DNA from: Dehalococcoidia bacterium
GTDB lineage: Bacteria; Chloroflexota; Dehalococcoidia; UBA2979
Assembly: GCA_965262725.1 (NCBI GenBank)
Contig: OZ253555.1
Location: forward strand, 1,952,001 to 2,016,000
Direction: 5' to 3'
DNA: 64,000 bases
Below the pieces are notes generated by a model. The model ran no database searches. It was not told the origin of the DNA and was given only the letters and a program-made list of their open reading frames with translations. Positions 9,510 through 20,299 of the stretch are shown piece by piece; positions within the stretch are counted from its first letter, which is position 1, and each line of letters starts with the position of its first letter. The translations under genes were made by a program, and so were the position numbers.

Positions 9510-9956
9510 TTCCGGGCAGGTTGTGAGTACGGAGTGGACGTAGACCTCGAAGACCGTGCGGATCAGCGGATTGTCGAGTCGGATGAACTCCACGTCCCAC
9601 GAGGCAACCGTCGCCTTGGCTTGGTTGAAGTAGCGAGCAACCTGCGGGTCGGCCTGCAGTTCCGCTCGCGTGCGGCCCTCGACGACGACGCGACGCTTCC
9701 TTGCTCGCTCGACGGCCATCGAGAAGGCAAGGGTCGCGGAGTGGTGCGTGCTGCTTGGGCGTGTGTGTTGCGCGAGGCGGTTGCGCAAGTTGCGAGTCTG
9801 TCCGACATATCGATAGCGTTCGCCGTCGCTGAACAGGTAAACCCCCGGGACAGCGGGTACCTTGCCCGGCGTAGGCGGTGATTGCGGAGCGTCCAGCAAC
9901 GGACGCATCTTCGACCAGATGCGCTCCCCGCTTTGCCAGGATGGCTCAACGTCCAA
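9510..9956 (-). CDS. GIY-YIG nuclease (3' end apparently disrupted)
   Basis: PGVYLFSDGERYRYVGQTRNLRNRLAQH. Confidence 0.75.
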
Positions 9957-10845
9957 GCGATGTGGACCCTGCTGGCCGACTACGCGAAGGAGCAGCGATT
10001 GCTCGATCCCCTGATCGCGATGACCTCAGAAGACCTCGGCCGCTCTGGATCGTGGCGGGCGATCGAGGCCATGCCCGAGATCGCCGCCGACGATCCCGAG
10101 CGGTGGCGTGACGTGCTCGGCTGGGCAGCGAGCCGGCTCGCCGAGCGTGCCGCCACCGATCCCTGGTCGGTCGCCCTTCTCATCGAGAAGAGCAGTGGTG
10201 TGGTCCCTCTCCCCGTGAGTGAGCCCGCGAGGGAGATTCGGTCTCCGTCTGCTGGAGAGGACGAGGCGCTCATCCTGGTCTGAGAAGTCGAGCCTCACGG
10301 AGGATTCCCTGATCGGGGGATTCCTGAACCTCCCGGCGGGGAAGGCAATGCAGGCGCTGCTCGAGCTGGCACGCCGGGAGATGGCCGACTTGGAGGCCTC
10401 CACCGGGACGCAGCCCGGCGTGCCGCAGTGGTTCCGGTCCAGCGTGCTGGACGTGATCGAGCGCGACGATCTGGCTCTGGGGATCGATGCATGGGTGGGG
10501 GTGGGCCGCTACTATGCCTTGCTGGCCAGTCGATCGCCCGACGCAGTCGCCTTCGTCGCGGCTCGCCTGGAGTCCGAGGCGTCGGACCTCTCGACCCCCA
10601 CACTTGCCTTTTGGGCGGGATACCTGTGGTCACCCTCGGTGTGGCCCCGCGCACTGGAGCGCCTCCAGGACGCCTATAGGCAGCACGCCCTGATCCTGCA
10701 GCGGGCGCAAGCTCTAGATGAACATCTTCGAGAGTCGTTCTTCCATCACGTGGTGATGGGAGCTCTCAGGGGGGTGGGCGACTACGAGGACATCTTGCAG
10801 GCCACCCTCGGTCCCCCCTTCACTCCGCAGGCCGAACTGACCTAG
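9900..10845 (+). pseudogene. C-terminal fragments of a large helical-repeat protein
   Basis: Frameshifted coding-like ORFs 9882..10283 and 10219..10845; similar coding sequence resumes at ~12400-12791. Confidence 0.45.
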
Positions 10846-11007
10846 TTTGAACAGCAGTAATGCCCTAGTTATTGCTGTTTCCAACTAATGCAAATGCATC
10901 CATTAGGCCAGCACATAAAGGGACTTAAATCAAAAACCCGAAGTTCGGGCTCGTTGCCAGAGTGTGCTGTCCTAATGGATGCATTTGTATCAGGTTTGAA
11001 AAACTAG
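10841..11007. repeat. AT-rich palindromic, MITE-like element with a 21-bp repeat
   Basis: ATGCAAATGCATCCATTAGG (10888-10907) pairs with CCTAATGGATGCATTTGTAT (10971-10990); CCTAGTTTGAACAGCAGTAAT at 10841 recurs at 12183. Confidence 0.6.
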
Positions 11008-11037
11008 TGTCTAGAATGAGGCTAGAGTCTTGACTGC

Positions 11038-11899
11038 GTGCGTCCGGAAGTCGAAGGGGTGGTGACGTGATGACGTGACCGGTCCGGAGACATGCTCGTT
11101 GCTGCCAGCCGGTGAGAGTCCGGCACGGGTAACTGTCAGGAGGCCCGTTAGCAGGTCGGCGGCGTGGACGGGAAACGGTCTGCGTCGAAGCCCGACGTCA
11201 AGAGCCCTATGAGGGGGAGCAAACGTGCGGTCCGCAGCATGACGCGAAGTCTGCCGCGCCGTGAGACTCGCCTGTCTATTGACAGGACCAAGGAGGAGCC
11301 GAGCCCGGGTGGTCAGGGCGAAGGCCATGGACGAGGTGAAGATCCTGGAATGCAGCCTCAAGAAACCTCCCGGCGTATGGGACGTGGAACGTACGGAAGG
11401 TAGCGACGGGAACCGGAGAAGCCCTCCCCGGCCCGGCACCCTGTGAGAGGGCGTCGGAGCGAGGCGTCCTATAACCGGTCAGAGCCGGGAAGTGGACAGC
11501 CAGCCGGAAGGGTGGCGGAGGGGGTCGTAGTACCGCTGGAGCCGGACGGACAACATAACCGCCGGTGATGGGAAGGACCCCTACTTTGTCCGTGCATGTT
11601 GCTGGGGGTGTGGACTGGTGAGTGCCCCTCGGGGCTAGCAACCACTTGGTAGGGTTCGAGGCTCTCCGCACATGCTGTACCGGCTGGCCAAGGCACGACC
11701 CACGTTGTGGGGAGCGCTGCATGCCATCTGGTGAAGGGCATCGGTGAGCCGGATGAGGGAGAACCTCACGTCCGGTTCGATGTGGCAGGGGCTGGAGACG
11801 GACGCTGCTATGGCCGTGGAGTTGGGCACCACCGGGAAACCGGCTTGGAACTGATGCGCCACCGCCTACGGCTCGCACCGCGCCAGCCCCTGACCCTAC
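11038..11899 (+). ncRNA. ORF-less group II intron C
   Basis: 5' GTGCG; GGTGAGAGTCC; GTAGTACC..GGGAAGG; domain V GAGCCGGATGAGGGAGAACCTCACGTCCGGTTC; 3' CCCTAC. Confidence 0.88.
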
Positions 11900-12829
11900 A
11901 ACTATCACCACCTACAGTCGACCATCTTGTTGGTGCTACACTGAGCCAGAGTTCAACGAGAAGCTGGCTCAGTTGAGACGAACCAATAAGTCCGCAACCA
12001 TCTTGAGATCGTTGGCGTGGCTAACAAGCTTCTTCGCGTCAATCAAATCCCGAGCCACCACAGCCTGCTCCAACGAGAGTCGTTCGCCAAGAAGGAGTCG
12101 CAAGGACTCATGTAGGTGAAGTCCTGCCCGGTCAATCTGGTCGTAGAGTTCGCTAACCATATCAGTCATGTGGTGAGGGTCTCCTAGTTTGAACAGCAGT
12201 AATACATGAATCGAACTAACCTAGGTTGAATCATGCATGAAAAACGTGTCAGGGCTGAACTGCTCAGCCTCTCTCAGAATAGCAATGAGTTTTTCAGTCA
12301 GGTTCGTCAGCGACCTAATCTATCTCGAAGGTAACAAGGCCGAACTCCTCAACTTGTCTGAGAAGCCCAACGAACTCGTCCGCATTGAGTATAGTAGCGA
12401 ATCGGGGGTTCGGACGGCGCTGCGCTGGCGACGTACCTGCGATGGCTGGACGAACTCGATCGCCCCCCTACGGAGATCGGAGACCTGATCGAGGCATCGC
12501 TCGACCAATCAACAGACGGCTTGGAGGCCGATCAGGTTCTCCGGTACCTTGCATCCCACGTGGAGGACGCTCCTGAGCGCGTCCTCACGCTCTTCGGGAG
12601 CTGCGTGGACTGGCATCGGCTGCGCGGGCGTCTCTCGGCTCCCGCGTGAGGAGACACACACCCTGCTTGCGGGTCTCGCGCCCCGGCTACATGGCAGCCC
12701 CGAACTCGCTCGGATCCTCGACGGTCTTGCCGAATTGGGAGTAATTTCGACTCAGGATGTCCGCCGCTACCTCGCTGCCCTCGACTCGTAGTGCCCCGGA
12801 TCTCCAGCGCCCTGAACAGCGTCGACGGC

Positions 12830-13780
12830 TCGTGCGGCAGGCTCCTTGATGTGGGATCCGCGCCGGACCGTCACTCACGATCGGGCATCCGTCGCCCGAT
12901 CGCGCTCGCGCGCCCGCAGGCGGCGACGTGAACCCTGAAGCCCGACGCTGCGCGGCACACGCGGCAGATCACTTGGCCGGGGCACTCGTGCGTCAACCCG
13001 CAGTGCGGGTGCGGATGCCCCGAGCTCAGGGGCGCCGGCGGCCGCCGTCCCGACCTGCCGGTTCGGGAAGGCAGCGTGGGACGCGGGTTCCACGGCGTTT
13101 CCTGCTACGGGACGCGAGTCCTATGGGAACGGAGCCCCCGTAGTAGTCCGAGGACGGGAAAGCCGTCCACATGGCGAAGGGGGGCAGGTGTCTTGAGACC
13201 TGACCGAAGGAGGTGCGCGAGATGCGCAACGCCGAAACCGCGTTGGGAATCATCCAACAACGTGGCAAACAGGGACAGCCGCTGGAACGCGTCTATCGGC
13301 TCCTGTTCAATCGGAACCTGTATCTCCTGGCCTACGGCAAGCTCTATCGCAACAAGGGGGCCATGACCCCCGGGGCGACGGGCGAGACCGTGGACGGGAT
13401 GACCATGAGCAAAATCGACGCCACGGAGATCGACCGAGGATGGAGCGGGACAACCTGGTTCATCGAAGGGGATATCGCCGAGTGCTTCGACCGGCTGGAC
13501 CATAAGGTCCTGCTCGACGTACTGGGCGAACACATCCACGACAACCGCTCCCTGCGCCTCCTCGCGGGGCTGCTTGAGGCGGGGTACCTAGAGGGGGCGA
13601 CACAACGCCACGCTGAGCGGCACGCCGCAAGGCGGCGTCGTGAGCCTCATTCTCGGACATCTATCTGGACCGATTGGACAAGTACGTCGGGGCGGTGCTC
13701 CAACCGGCACACACCCGCGAAACCAAGCGACGAACGAACCGGACGTACCGGCGGCTCTGGGAGCAGGCCGCGTACGCGAG
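12830..13780 (+). pseudogene. truncated group II intron with degenerate reverse transcriptase/maturase
   Basis: GTAGTAGTC..GGGAAAGCCG..GGCGAAGGG upstream of MRNAETALGII..LAYGKLYRNKGAMTPG, WFIEGDIAECFD, frameshifted GTPQGG; no domain V seen; 5' boundary approximate. Confidence 0.85.
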
Positions 13781-13965
13781 GAGCACGCCCGGGTGCGCGA
13801 GCGCAGGCGCCCACCTGGGCATCGCTAGACTCGTGCAGGGCAGCCGGTCGAGTTCGCCGTCGATGCCCCCGAGCGGCAGATGCCCGTTCGCTTCCGGAGC
13901 GCAAGCACCACATGTAGTGTCTCCGCTGTGGCACTGGCTGCCCCGATCGCGGAGAGTTGAGACCC

Positions 13966-16900
13966 ATGATCGTGCTCCACGCGGCCATCTCCGAGGGCGC
14001 GCTGCTGCTCTGGGGCGAGACCCCGCCGGGGGACGCCAGCTCCCCTCCACCCGCCGGGGGCCCCCGCCGCCGCGCCCGGCCCCACCCGTTCGCGGCCAGC
14101 GCGCTCGGAGTCGCACGGGCGATCGCGGACGCCGCTCCCTGCACCCCCGTGGCGCCCGCGGACGCCTGGAAGGTCGGAGCGTGGCTCCCCACCCGGGGCT
14201 CGCGGCCGCTCCCCTCGACCGCGCTGCTCGGCGACGCTCCGCCGTCCCGCGCTCGGATCCGGATCGCCCGCTGGTCGGTTGCGGCCCTCCCGCTCGCCCC
14301 CGCTGACGCCCGGGGACTGCTTGTCGCAGCAGCCGGAGGAGAGCGCGCGATGGCCCCGGGCGTGATCGCGGCGAGCGACCTGCGCTACTGGGCGGACGCG
14401 CTGCGGCTGGCGACCACCCTGGTCGCGAGCGGCCAGTTCCTGCCGGGACTCGACGCAGGGCCGGGCGGCGCCCACGCCACCTGGGATCCGGTCTACACGG
14501 GCGCGAACGCAGAACGCCTCGCCGCCCTCGCTCGGCGGATGCCGGCCGCGGCGCGGGCCCTCTCACGCGCGCGGACCGCACCTGGGGCGCCCGCCGCGGA
14601 GGTGTTGCGCCACGTGATGGCGCGCGTCACCGACCGCCTGGTGCGAAACGCCGCGGGCGGCCTGGGAGCAGGCTCGCACGCCGCCCCCGAGAGCGCGCAC
14701 GACGCGTGGCTCTCCGCCCTCCGTTCGCCCGACGGCGGTGTGGAGTGGCCGGCGGCGGATCTGCGACAGCTCGCGGCGGAGGTCGATTCGTGGCGTGCTC
14801 CGATCGCGGTGTCGGAGCATTCGCCGTACCGTCTCTGCTTCCGCCTCGAGGAGCCCGCCGCCGTGCCGGACGGGGGCGACGACGCTGGTGCGGCCGCTGA
14901 GGGAGAGGAGGGAGCGCCGGAGCACGGCTGGTACCTGCGCTACCTGCTTCAACCCCACGACGACCCGAGCCTGCTGGTGCCGGTCGACGAGGTCTGGTCG
15001 GGCCGCATCCCGAAGCTGCCCGGGCGCTCGGGCGACGGCCTCCACGAGTTCCTGATCGCCTCGCTCGGGCAGGCGGCCGGCCTCTGCCCCGCCGTCCTCG
15101 CAGGTCTGGAAGACACCGCTCCCGCCGGGTGCCGCCTTGATGCGGATGGCGCGCACGCGTTTCTGACCCGCGACGCCCTCGCCCTTGGGCAGGCGGGATT
15201 CACGGTCATGCTTCCGGCCTGGTGGACGCGGCGGGGAAGCAGGCTGCAGCTCAGCGCCCGGGCCCGCGTCCGGGGCTCCCGCCACAAGGCGGGGGACGGA
15301 ACCCTGCTGGATGCGATCGCCCGCTTCGATTGGGAGCTCGCCATCGGCGAGCGAGCGCTCAGCTTCGGTGAGCTGGAGCAGCTTGCCCTGCTGAAGAGCC
15401 CGCTGGTTCGGATGCGCGGCCGGTGGGTGCAGGTGCGCCCCGAGGAGATCCGCGCGGCGATCGAGTTCTGGACCTCCCGCGGCTCGGACACGGCAACGGT
15501 CCGCGAGCTCGTGCAGATGGCGCTCGGTTCGCAGGACCTGCCCGGTGCTCTGGACTTCGGGGGAGTCGAAGCCGACGGGTGGATCGGCGAACTCCTGGGG
15601 CGGCTTCGGGGGACGGCCGCGTTCGAGCAGCTCCCGCCCCCCGCCGGATTCACCGGCACGCTCCGCCCCTACCAGCTCCGCGGCTACTCCTGGCTCGCCT
15701 TCCTCGGGCGCTGGGGTCTTGGGGCCTGCCTGGCCGACGACATGGGGCTGGGGAAGACGATCCAGACCCTGGCCCTGATCGAGCGCGACCGCGAGCTCGG
15801 CTCCACGCGACCGGTGCTCCTGATCTGCCCGACGTCGGTCCTGAACAACTGGCGCAAGGAGGCCAGCCGCTTTACACCCGGTCTCCGCGTGCTCGTCCAC
15901 CACGGGCCCGGCCGCAGCCGGGGCGAGGCGTTCGCCCGCGAGGCGCGGCGGCACGGCCTCGTCATCTCCAGCTACCAGCTGCTCGCCCGTGATCTCGACA
16001 CCCTGACGGAGGTCGACTGGGGCGGGATCGTGCTGGACGAGGCGCAGAACATCAAGAACCCGGAGACGCTGCCGGCACGCGCCGCGCGGGCGCTTCAGGG
16101 CGGCTACCGGATCGCCCTCACCGGGACGCCGGTCGAGAACCATGTCGGGGAGCTGTGGTCGATCATGGAATTCCTGAACCCCAGCCTGTTGGGGACGGAG
16201 GGTGCGTTTCACCGTCGGTTCCTGGTGCCGATCCAGGCCGCGCGCGACCCCGACGCCGGCGAGCGGCTCCGGCGCCTCACGGGGCCGTTCATCCTGCGTC
16301 GGCTCAAGACCGACAGATCGATCATCTCGGACCTGCCGGAGAAGCTGGAGGCGAACGTCTACTGCCTGCTGACGCGGGAGCAGGCGTCGCTCTACGCCTC
16401 CGTGGTGGACGAGACACAGCGGGCGCTCGCGGGGGCCGAGGGCATCCGGCGGCGCGGGTTGGTGCTGGCGACGATCTCGAAGCTCAAGCAGGTCTGCAAC
16501 CACCCCGCGCAGTTCCTGGGCGACAACTCGCGGATTGACGGCCGCTCCGGCAAGCTGCAACGGCTGACGGAGATGGTGGAGGAGGTCGTGTTGGCGGGCG
16601 AACGCGCGCTCGTCTTCAGTCAGTTCGCGGAGATGGGGAGCATGATCCAGCGCCACCTCCAGAGCACGCTCGGGCGCGAGGCGCTGTTCCTCCACGGCGG
16701 GGTCGCGCGCCGACAGCGCGACGAGATGGTCGAGCGCTTTCAGGACGAAGGCTCGGCGCCGGCGATCTTCGTGCTGTCGCTCAAGGCGGGCGGCACGGGG
16801 CTGAACCTGACAGCCGCCAACCACGTCTTCCACTTCGACCGCTGGTGGAACCCCGCTGTCGAGAACCAGGCGACCGATCGTGCCTTCCGCATCGGCCAGT

Positions 16901-17088
16901 CCCGCCACGTCCAGGTGCACCGCTTCGTCTGCAGCGGAACGCTCGAAGAGAGGATCGACGAGATCATCGAGCGCAAGAGAGAGGTCGCCGATCTCGTCGT
17001 CGGCACCGGCGAGGGATGGTTGACCGAACTCTCCGAGGCAGAGCTGCGCGAGGTGCTCGCGCTCGGCAGTGAGGCGGTCGCGGACTGA
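13966..17088 (+). CDS. SNF2 family helicase
   Basis: LADDMGLGKT, LDEAQNIKN, LTGTPVEN, SLKAGGTGLNLT, QATDRAFRIGQ. Confidence 0.96.
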   Translation: MIVLHAAISEGALLLWGETPPGDASSPPPAGGPRRRARPHPFAASALGVARAIADAAPCTPVAPADAWKVGAWLPTRGSRPLPSTALLGDAPPSRARIRIARWSVAALPLAPADARGLLVAAAGGERAMAPGVIAASDLRYWADALRLATTLVASGQFLPGLDAGPGGAHATWDPVYTGANAERLAALARRMPAAARALSRARTAPGAPAAEVLRHVMARVTDRLVRNAAGGLGAGSHAAPESAHDAWLSALRSPDGGVEWPAADLRQLAAEVDSWRAPIAVSEHSPYRLCFRLEEPAAVPDGGDDAGAAAEGEEGAPEHGWYLRYLLQPHDDPSLLVPVDEVWSGRIPKLPGRSGDGLHEFLIASLGQAAGLCPAVLAGLEDTAPAGCRLDADGAHAFLTRDALALGQAGFTVMLPAWWTRRGSRLQLSARARVRGSRHKAGDGTLLDAIARFDWELAIGERALSFGELEQLALLKSPLVRMRGRWVQVRPEEIRAAIEFWTSRGSDTATVRELVQMALGSQDLPGALDFGGVEADGWIGELLGRLRGTAAFEQLPPPAGFTGTLRPYQLRGYSWLAFLGRWGLGACLADDMGLGKTIQTLALIERDRELGSTRPVLLICPTSVLNNWRKEASRFTPGLRVLVHHGPGRSRGEAFAREARRHGLVISSYQLLARDLDTLTEVDWGGIVLDEAQNIKNPETLPARAARALQGGYRIALTGTPVENHVGELWSIMEFLNPSLLGTEGAFHRRFLVPIQAARDPDAGERLRRLTGPFILRRLKTDRSIISDLPEKLEANVYCLLTREQASLYASVVDETQRALAGAEGIRRRGLVLATISKLKQVCNHPAQFLGDNSRIDGRSGKLQRLTEMVEEVVLAGERALVFSQFAEMGSMIQRHLQSTLGREALFLHGGVARRQRDEMVERFQDEGSAPAIFVLSLKAGGTGLNLTAANHVFHFDRWWNPAVENQATDRAFRIGQSRHVQVHRFVCSGTLEERIDEIIERKREVADLVVGTGEGWLTELSEAELREVLALGSEAVAD

Positions 17089-18008
17089 TGGCGGCCCCCG
17101 ACGCCGGCGGCTACAACCCCCCGCCGGGGCCGCGTCCGGCGAAGGGGGGCATCCGGTCGCAGTCGCGCAGGGGCGGCCAGGAGCGCTGGTGGGCCGGGCG
17201 CTGGCTCGCGGCGCTCGACCGCCGCTCGCTCGCGGGCCGGCTCGCACGCGGCCGCTCGTACGCCCGCCGGGGGCAAGTGCTCTCGATCAGCGTCGAACAG
17301 GGAGTCGTCACGGCGGAGGTGCAGGGTTCGCGCCGGCGGCCCTACTGGGTCACGGTCTGGGTGCGGGCGCTGGGGGCGGAGGAGAAGGGGCGGCTCGTGC
17401 GCGGGCTCGCCGGGCGCCCCGCCGTCGCCGCCCGCCTCCTGGCCGGGCACGTGCCCGAGGAGGTCGAGGACATCTTCCGCGAGGCCGGGGCCTCGCTCTT
17501 TCCCGATGACCGCACGGATCTGCAGACTGAATGCTCCTGCCCCGACTGGTCGAATCCGTGCAAGCACGCGGCGGCGGTCTACGTGCTGCTCGGCGAGGAG
17601 TTCGACCGCGATCCGTTCCTGATCTTCCGGCTCAGGGGCGTGGAGCGCGAGGAGATCGTCGCGCTCGCCGCGGGCGGGCAGGCCGGAGCCGGGGCGAGAC
17701 CGGACGACAAGCCGGCGAGCGAGCCGGTGCCGGACGAGCCGCTCCCCGAGAACCCCGACATCTTCTGGGACGGACGGCCCGCGGCACCAGCCGCGCCCCC
17801 GCCGGTGCTCCCGGCCGCGGCCGCCCTTCCCCGGAGGCTCGGCCCCTTCCCGTTCTGGCGGGGGCAGGAGCAGTTTCTTCCGGCGCTGGACCCGCTCTAC
17901 CGGGCCGCATCGGCGGCCGGCGTCGAGCTCGTCGCAGGCCTGGCCGGCGGAGGCGGCGCCCCTGAACCGGACCCCGGGCACCCGGACCCCGGGCAGCCGG
18001 CCGGGTAG
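17088..18008 (+). CDS. SWIM zinc-finger protein
   Basis: CSCPDWSNPCKH; RLARGRSYAR; coupled to SNF2. Confidence 0.93.
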   Translation: MAAPDAGGYNPPPGPRPAKGGIRSQSRRGGQERWWAGRWLAALDRRSLAGRLARGRSYARRGQVLSISVEQGVVTAEVQGSRRRPYWVTVWVRALGAEEKGRLVRGLAGRPAVAARLLAGHVPEEVEDIFREAGASLFPDDRTDLQTECSCPDWSNPCKHAAAVYVLLGEEFDRDPFLIFRLRGVEREEIVALAAGGQAGAGARPDDKPASEPVPDEPLPENPDIFWDGRPAAPAAPPPVLPAAAALPRRLGPFPFWRGQEQFLPALDPLYRAASAAGVELVAGLAGGGGAPEPDPGHPDPGQPAG

Positions 18009-18029
18009 GGGGGCGGTCAGCGGCTCCCG

Positions 18030-19340
18030 CTACGAGGGGGGCGGCCGCTCCCCATCCGCCGCCCCCGCGCTTTCCTCCGCGGCTGGCTGCTCGAGGGCGG
18101 CGTCCTGCCGGTAGCTGAACGCAAGCGCGGTCTCCTCGATCTCCGGCTCCGCGCCCGGATAGAGCCGCCTCAGATCCCACTCGTTGATCCAGCGCCGGAC
18201 GAAGGAGCGGATCGTGCGGCGGCCGCCCTGTCCGATGCCCGTCTCGATCTCGGGAGCGGTCCAGTCGTAGGCCCGGGAGTGGATCCCGAGCAGCTGGCGG
18301 TAGAGATCCCTGAGCATCGCCTCCCCGGGCTCGGCCAGCAGGTGCTGGTTCCGCTCCAGAAGCCGCATGCCGATCTCGGCGCGCGAGGCGGCGAGGTCGT
18401 CGGGAGCGCGCCCGCGCGCCCGGAGACGGGGCAGGGCCTGCCGCCGGTCGTCCTTCTCATCGAGGACCACCGCCGCGAAGTCGGCCGTGACCGTCCCCAC
18501 CATGACGAGACCGGGGTAGCGCTCCCGGACATCCTGCCCCATCCAGCGGGTGAGTTCGGCGTAGGAGCGCGCACGCTGCAAGATACTGTAGTTGGCGACG
18601 AGCTCGATCTCGTCGATCAGGACCACCCAGCCGCGGTAGCCAGCGGCGCGGATCAATTCCAGCACGAATCGGAGTCGCTGCGGCGGGAGCTCGCGCTGGA
18701 GCGGGGCGCGGAATGCGTAGTTCGCGAGCCGGCCAGCCTCCCGCAGCCCGTCGCGGACGCGCCGAACCGCCATCCGCTCCCCCGACCAGAACCAGGCGAT
18801 CTCGCTCGCGAGCTCGAGATCGCGGCTGTGCTCGTGCACCGTGAGCGTGGCCGGGAAGATGCGGTGCAGCCCGTTACTATCCTCGTCGGCCCACCGCACG
18901 AACTCCCGGTAGCGCGCCGAGTCGTGATCGAGCCTCTGGGCCAGCTCCTCGACCATCTGCCCGGTGGTGTTCGGGACGCGGCCGCTGACGACCGCGGCGC
19001 GGAAGACCTTGTCGAGGTCGAAGAGCGGCGTCTCCTTGCTGATCACGACCCGGCTGCAGACGAAGCCACGCTCCAGAGCCAGCGACTCGAGTCCCCCCAG
19101 GAGGTGCGACTTCCCGGCACCGAACTCACCGGCGACCAGCATCCCCTCGCCCGACGGCGGCCGGGTGTCCCCCGACGCGCGGTCGAGTATCGCGCGGACA
19201 TCGCGCTCGACGGCGGGCTGGTTGGAGCCGAGAACGGCCACGGCGTCTCGATTGGGAACGCCGTGACGCAGCGCCTCCAGGGCGCGGCGGCAGGCCAGCC
19301 TCTCCGCCGAGGGGTCCGTGCGCGGGGACTCTGCTCTCAT
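18030..19340 (-). CDS. DUF2791 / BrxD-like P-loop ATPase
   Basis: ALEALRHGVP, GEFGAGKSH, VVISKETPL, VLIDEIE. Confidence 0.85.
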   Translation of the reverse strand: MRAESPRTDPSAERLACRRALEALRHGVPNRDAVAVLGSNQPAVERDVRAILDRASGDTRPPSGEGMLVAGEFGAGKSHLLGGLESLALERGFVCSRVVISKETPLFDLDKVFRAAVVSGRVPNTTGQMVEELAQRLDHDSARYREFVRWADEDSNGLHRIFPATLTVHEHSRDLELASEIAWFWSGERMAVRRVRDGLREAGRLANYAFRAPLQRELPPQRLRFVLELIRAAGYRGWVVLIDEIELVANYSILQRARSYAELTRWMGQDVRERYPGLVMVGTVTADFAAVVLDEKDDRRQALPRLRARGRAPDDLAASRAEIGMRLLERNQHLLAEPGEAMLRDLYRQLLGIHSRAYDWTAPEIETGIGQGGRRTIRSFVRRWINEWDLRRLYPGAEPEIEETALAFSYRQDAALEQPAAEESAGAADGERPPPS

Positions 19341-19342
19341 GC

Positions 19343-20299
19343 TCAGTCCCCCAGCCGCACCAGCGCCGACATCGGGTTGAAGCGCCGCCGGTCCCGGACC
19401 TCCTCGGCGATTCGCCCCATGAGCGCGCGGTAGATCACGAGCCCCCGGCCGCGCTCGTCGGGGTCGAGAAAGTCGCCCGAGACGAGCACGACGAGGAGCA
19501 GGCCGGGCAGGCGGTCGGTGCTGTCGATGAGCTCGCGCAGCACCTCGTAGTGATCCATGACGGCGGGCCGCGTGTAGTAGCGCGATCCGTCGCGGGGGTT
19601 GCGCCTCACGGTGACCCGAGCGTCGTCCATCACCAGCAGCGTCCCGGGATGGCCGCAGAAGCGGACCCAGTACAGCAGCGATTCGAAGAAATGACGGGCA
19701 TTCGTGCGCATGATGGTGTTGTAGATGGAGTACGGCCGAACGGGGGAGACGCGCCGGTTGCGACCGGTCAGCCACTCGACCAGCGGCGCCGCACTCTCGC
19801 CGCGCCCGTCCATCTCCGCGAGCAGGAGGTGGGTCATCGCGAAGCGAAAGTCGCGAGACATCCCGCGGTTCTCGCGGACCGCATCGGGCACGAGCCTTCG
19901 CAGCTCCAGGGCGATCTGCCCCTCGTCGACGCCGTTGTCGTCCGCGATCACCCGCAGGATCGGCGCCTCTGCGAGCGGATCGACGCTGCCGCAGCGGTAC
20001 GGCAGCTCGCCCTCGCAGAGGCGTACGATCGCCCGCCGCGCCAGGAGTCGCCAGTCGACCTGGTCGGCGACCGCGAAGAAGATGTCCTGCGGCATGTGCA
20101 CCCGCGTCTCTCGGGCGTCGACGCGGACGGACACGTAGTCAAGCTCGTCGGCCAGCTGCCCCAGCCCGCGAGCGACCAGAGGCGTCAGTCCGTTCTCCGC
20201 CGCCACCACGAACTTGACCGCGGAGCCGCCGTCGCGCACGAAGCCGTCCATGTAGTCATTCCGGATGACCTCGAGCCACCCCCGGGTCGTTGCGCTCAT
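19343..20299 (-). CDS. DUF2791 / BrxD-like ATP-binding domain protein (degenerate Walker A)
   Basis: GGSAVKFVV, YEVLRELIDSTD, YRALMGRIAEEV. Confidence 0.78.
   Translation of the reverse strand: MSATTRGWLEVIRNDYMDGFVRDGGSAVKFVVAAENGLTPLVARGLGQLADELDYVSVRVDARETRVHMPQDIFFAVADQVDWRLLARRAIVRLCEGELPYRCGSVDPLAEAPILRVIADDNGVDEGQIALELRRLVPDAVRENRGMSRDFRFAMTHLLLAEMDGRGESAAPLVEWLTGRNRRVSPVRPYSIYNTIMRTNARHFFESLLYWVRFCGHPGTLLVMDDARVTVRRNPRDGSRYYTRPAVMDHYEVLRELIDSTDRLPGLLLVVLVSGDFLDPDERGRGLVIYRALMGRIAEEVRDRRRFNPMSALVRLGD

Noticed and set aside
10841-11007. Hairpins as integron attC sites
   Set aside because: No clear RYYYAAC..GTTRRRY boxes, no cassette array and no IntI in the window.
13313-13325. CGGAACCTGTATC in the RT pseudogene as the target of bridge unit 2 (CGGAACCTGATAT)
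   Set aside because: Nine matching bases then out of register, and no insertion is present; compatible with chance.
13213-13917. RT as a DGR, retron or CRISPR-associated RT
   Set aside because: The N-terminus and upstream RNA motifs are group II intron-type, the gene is deleted and frameshifted, and no TR/VR, msr-msd or cas genes were seen.
14563-17247. Long antisense ORFs (894 aa here; also 50300..52102, 37835..39526, 35705..37186)
   Set aside because: Shadow frames of real genes in very GC-rich DNA, with no recognisable motifs.
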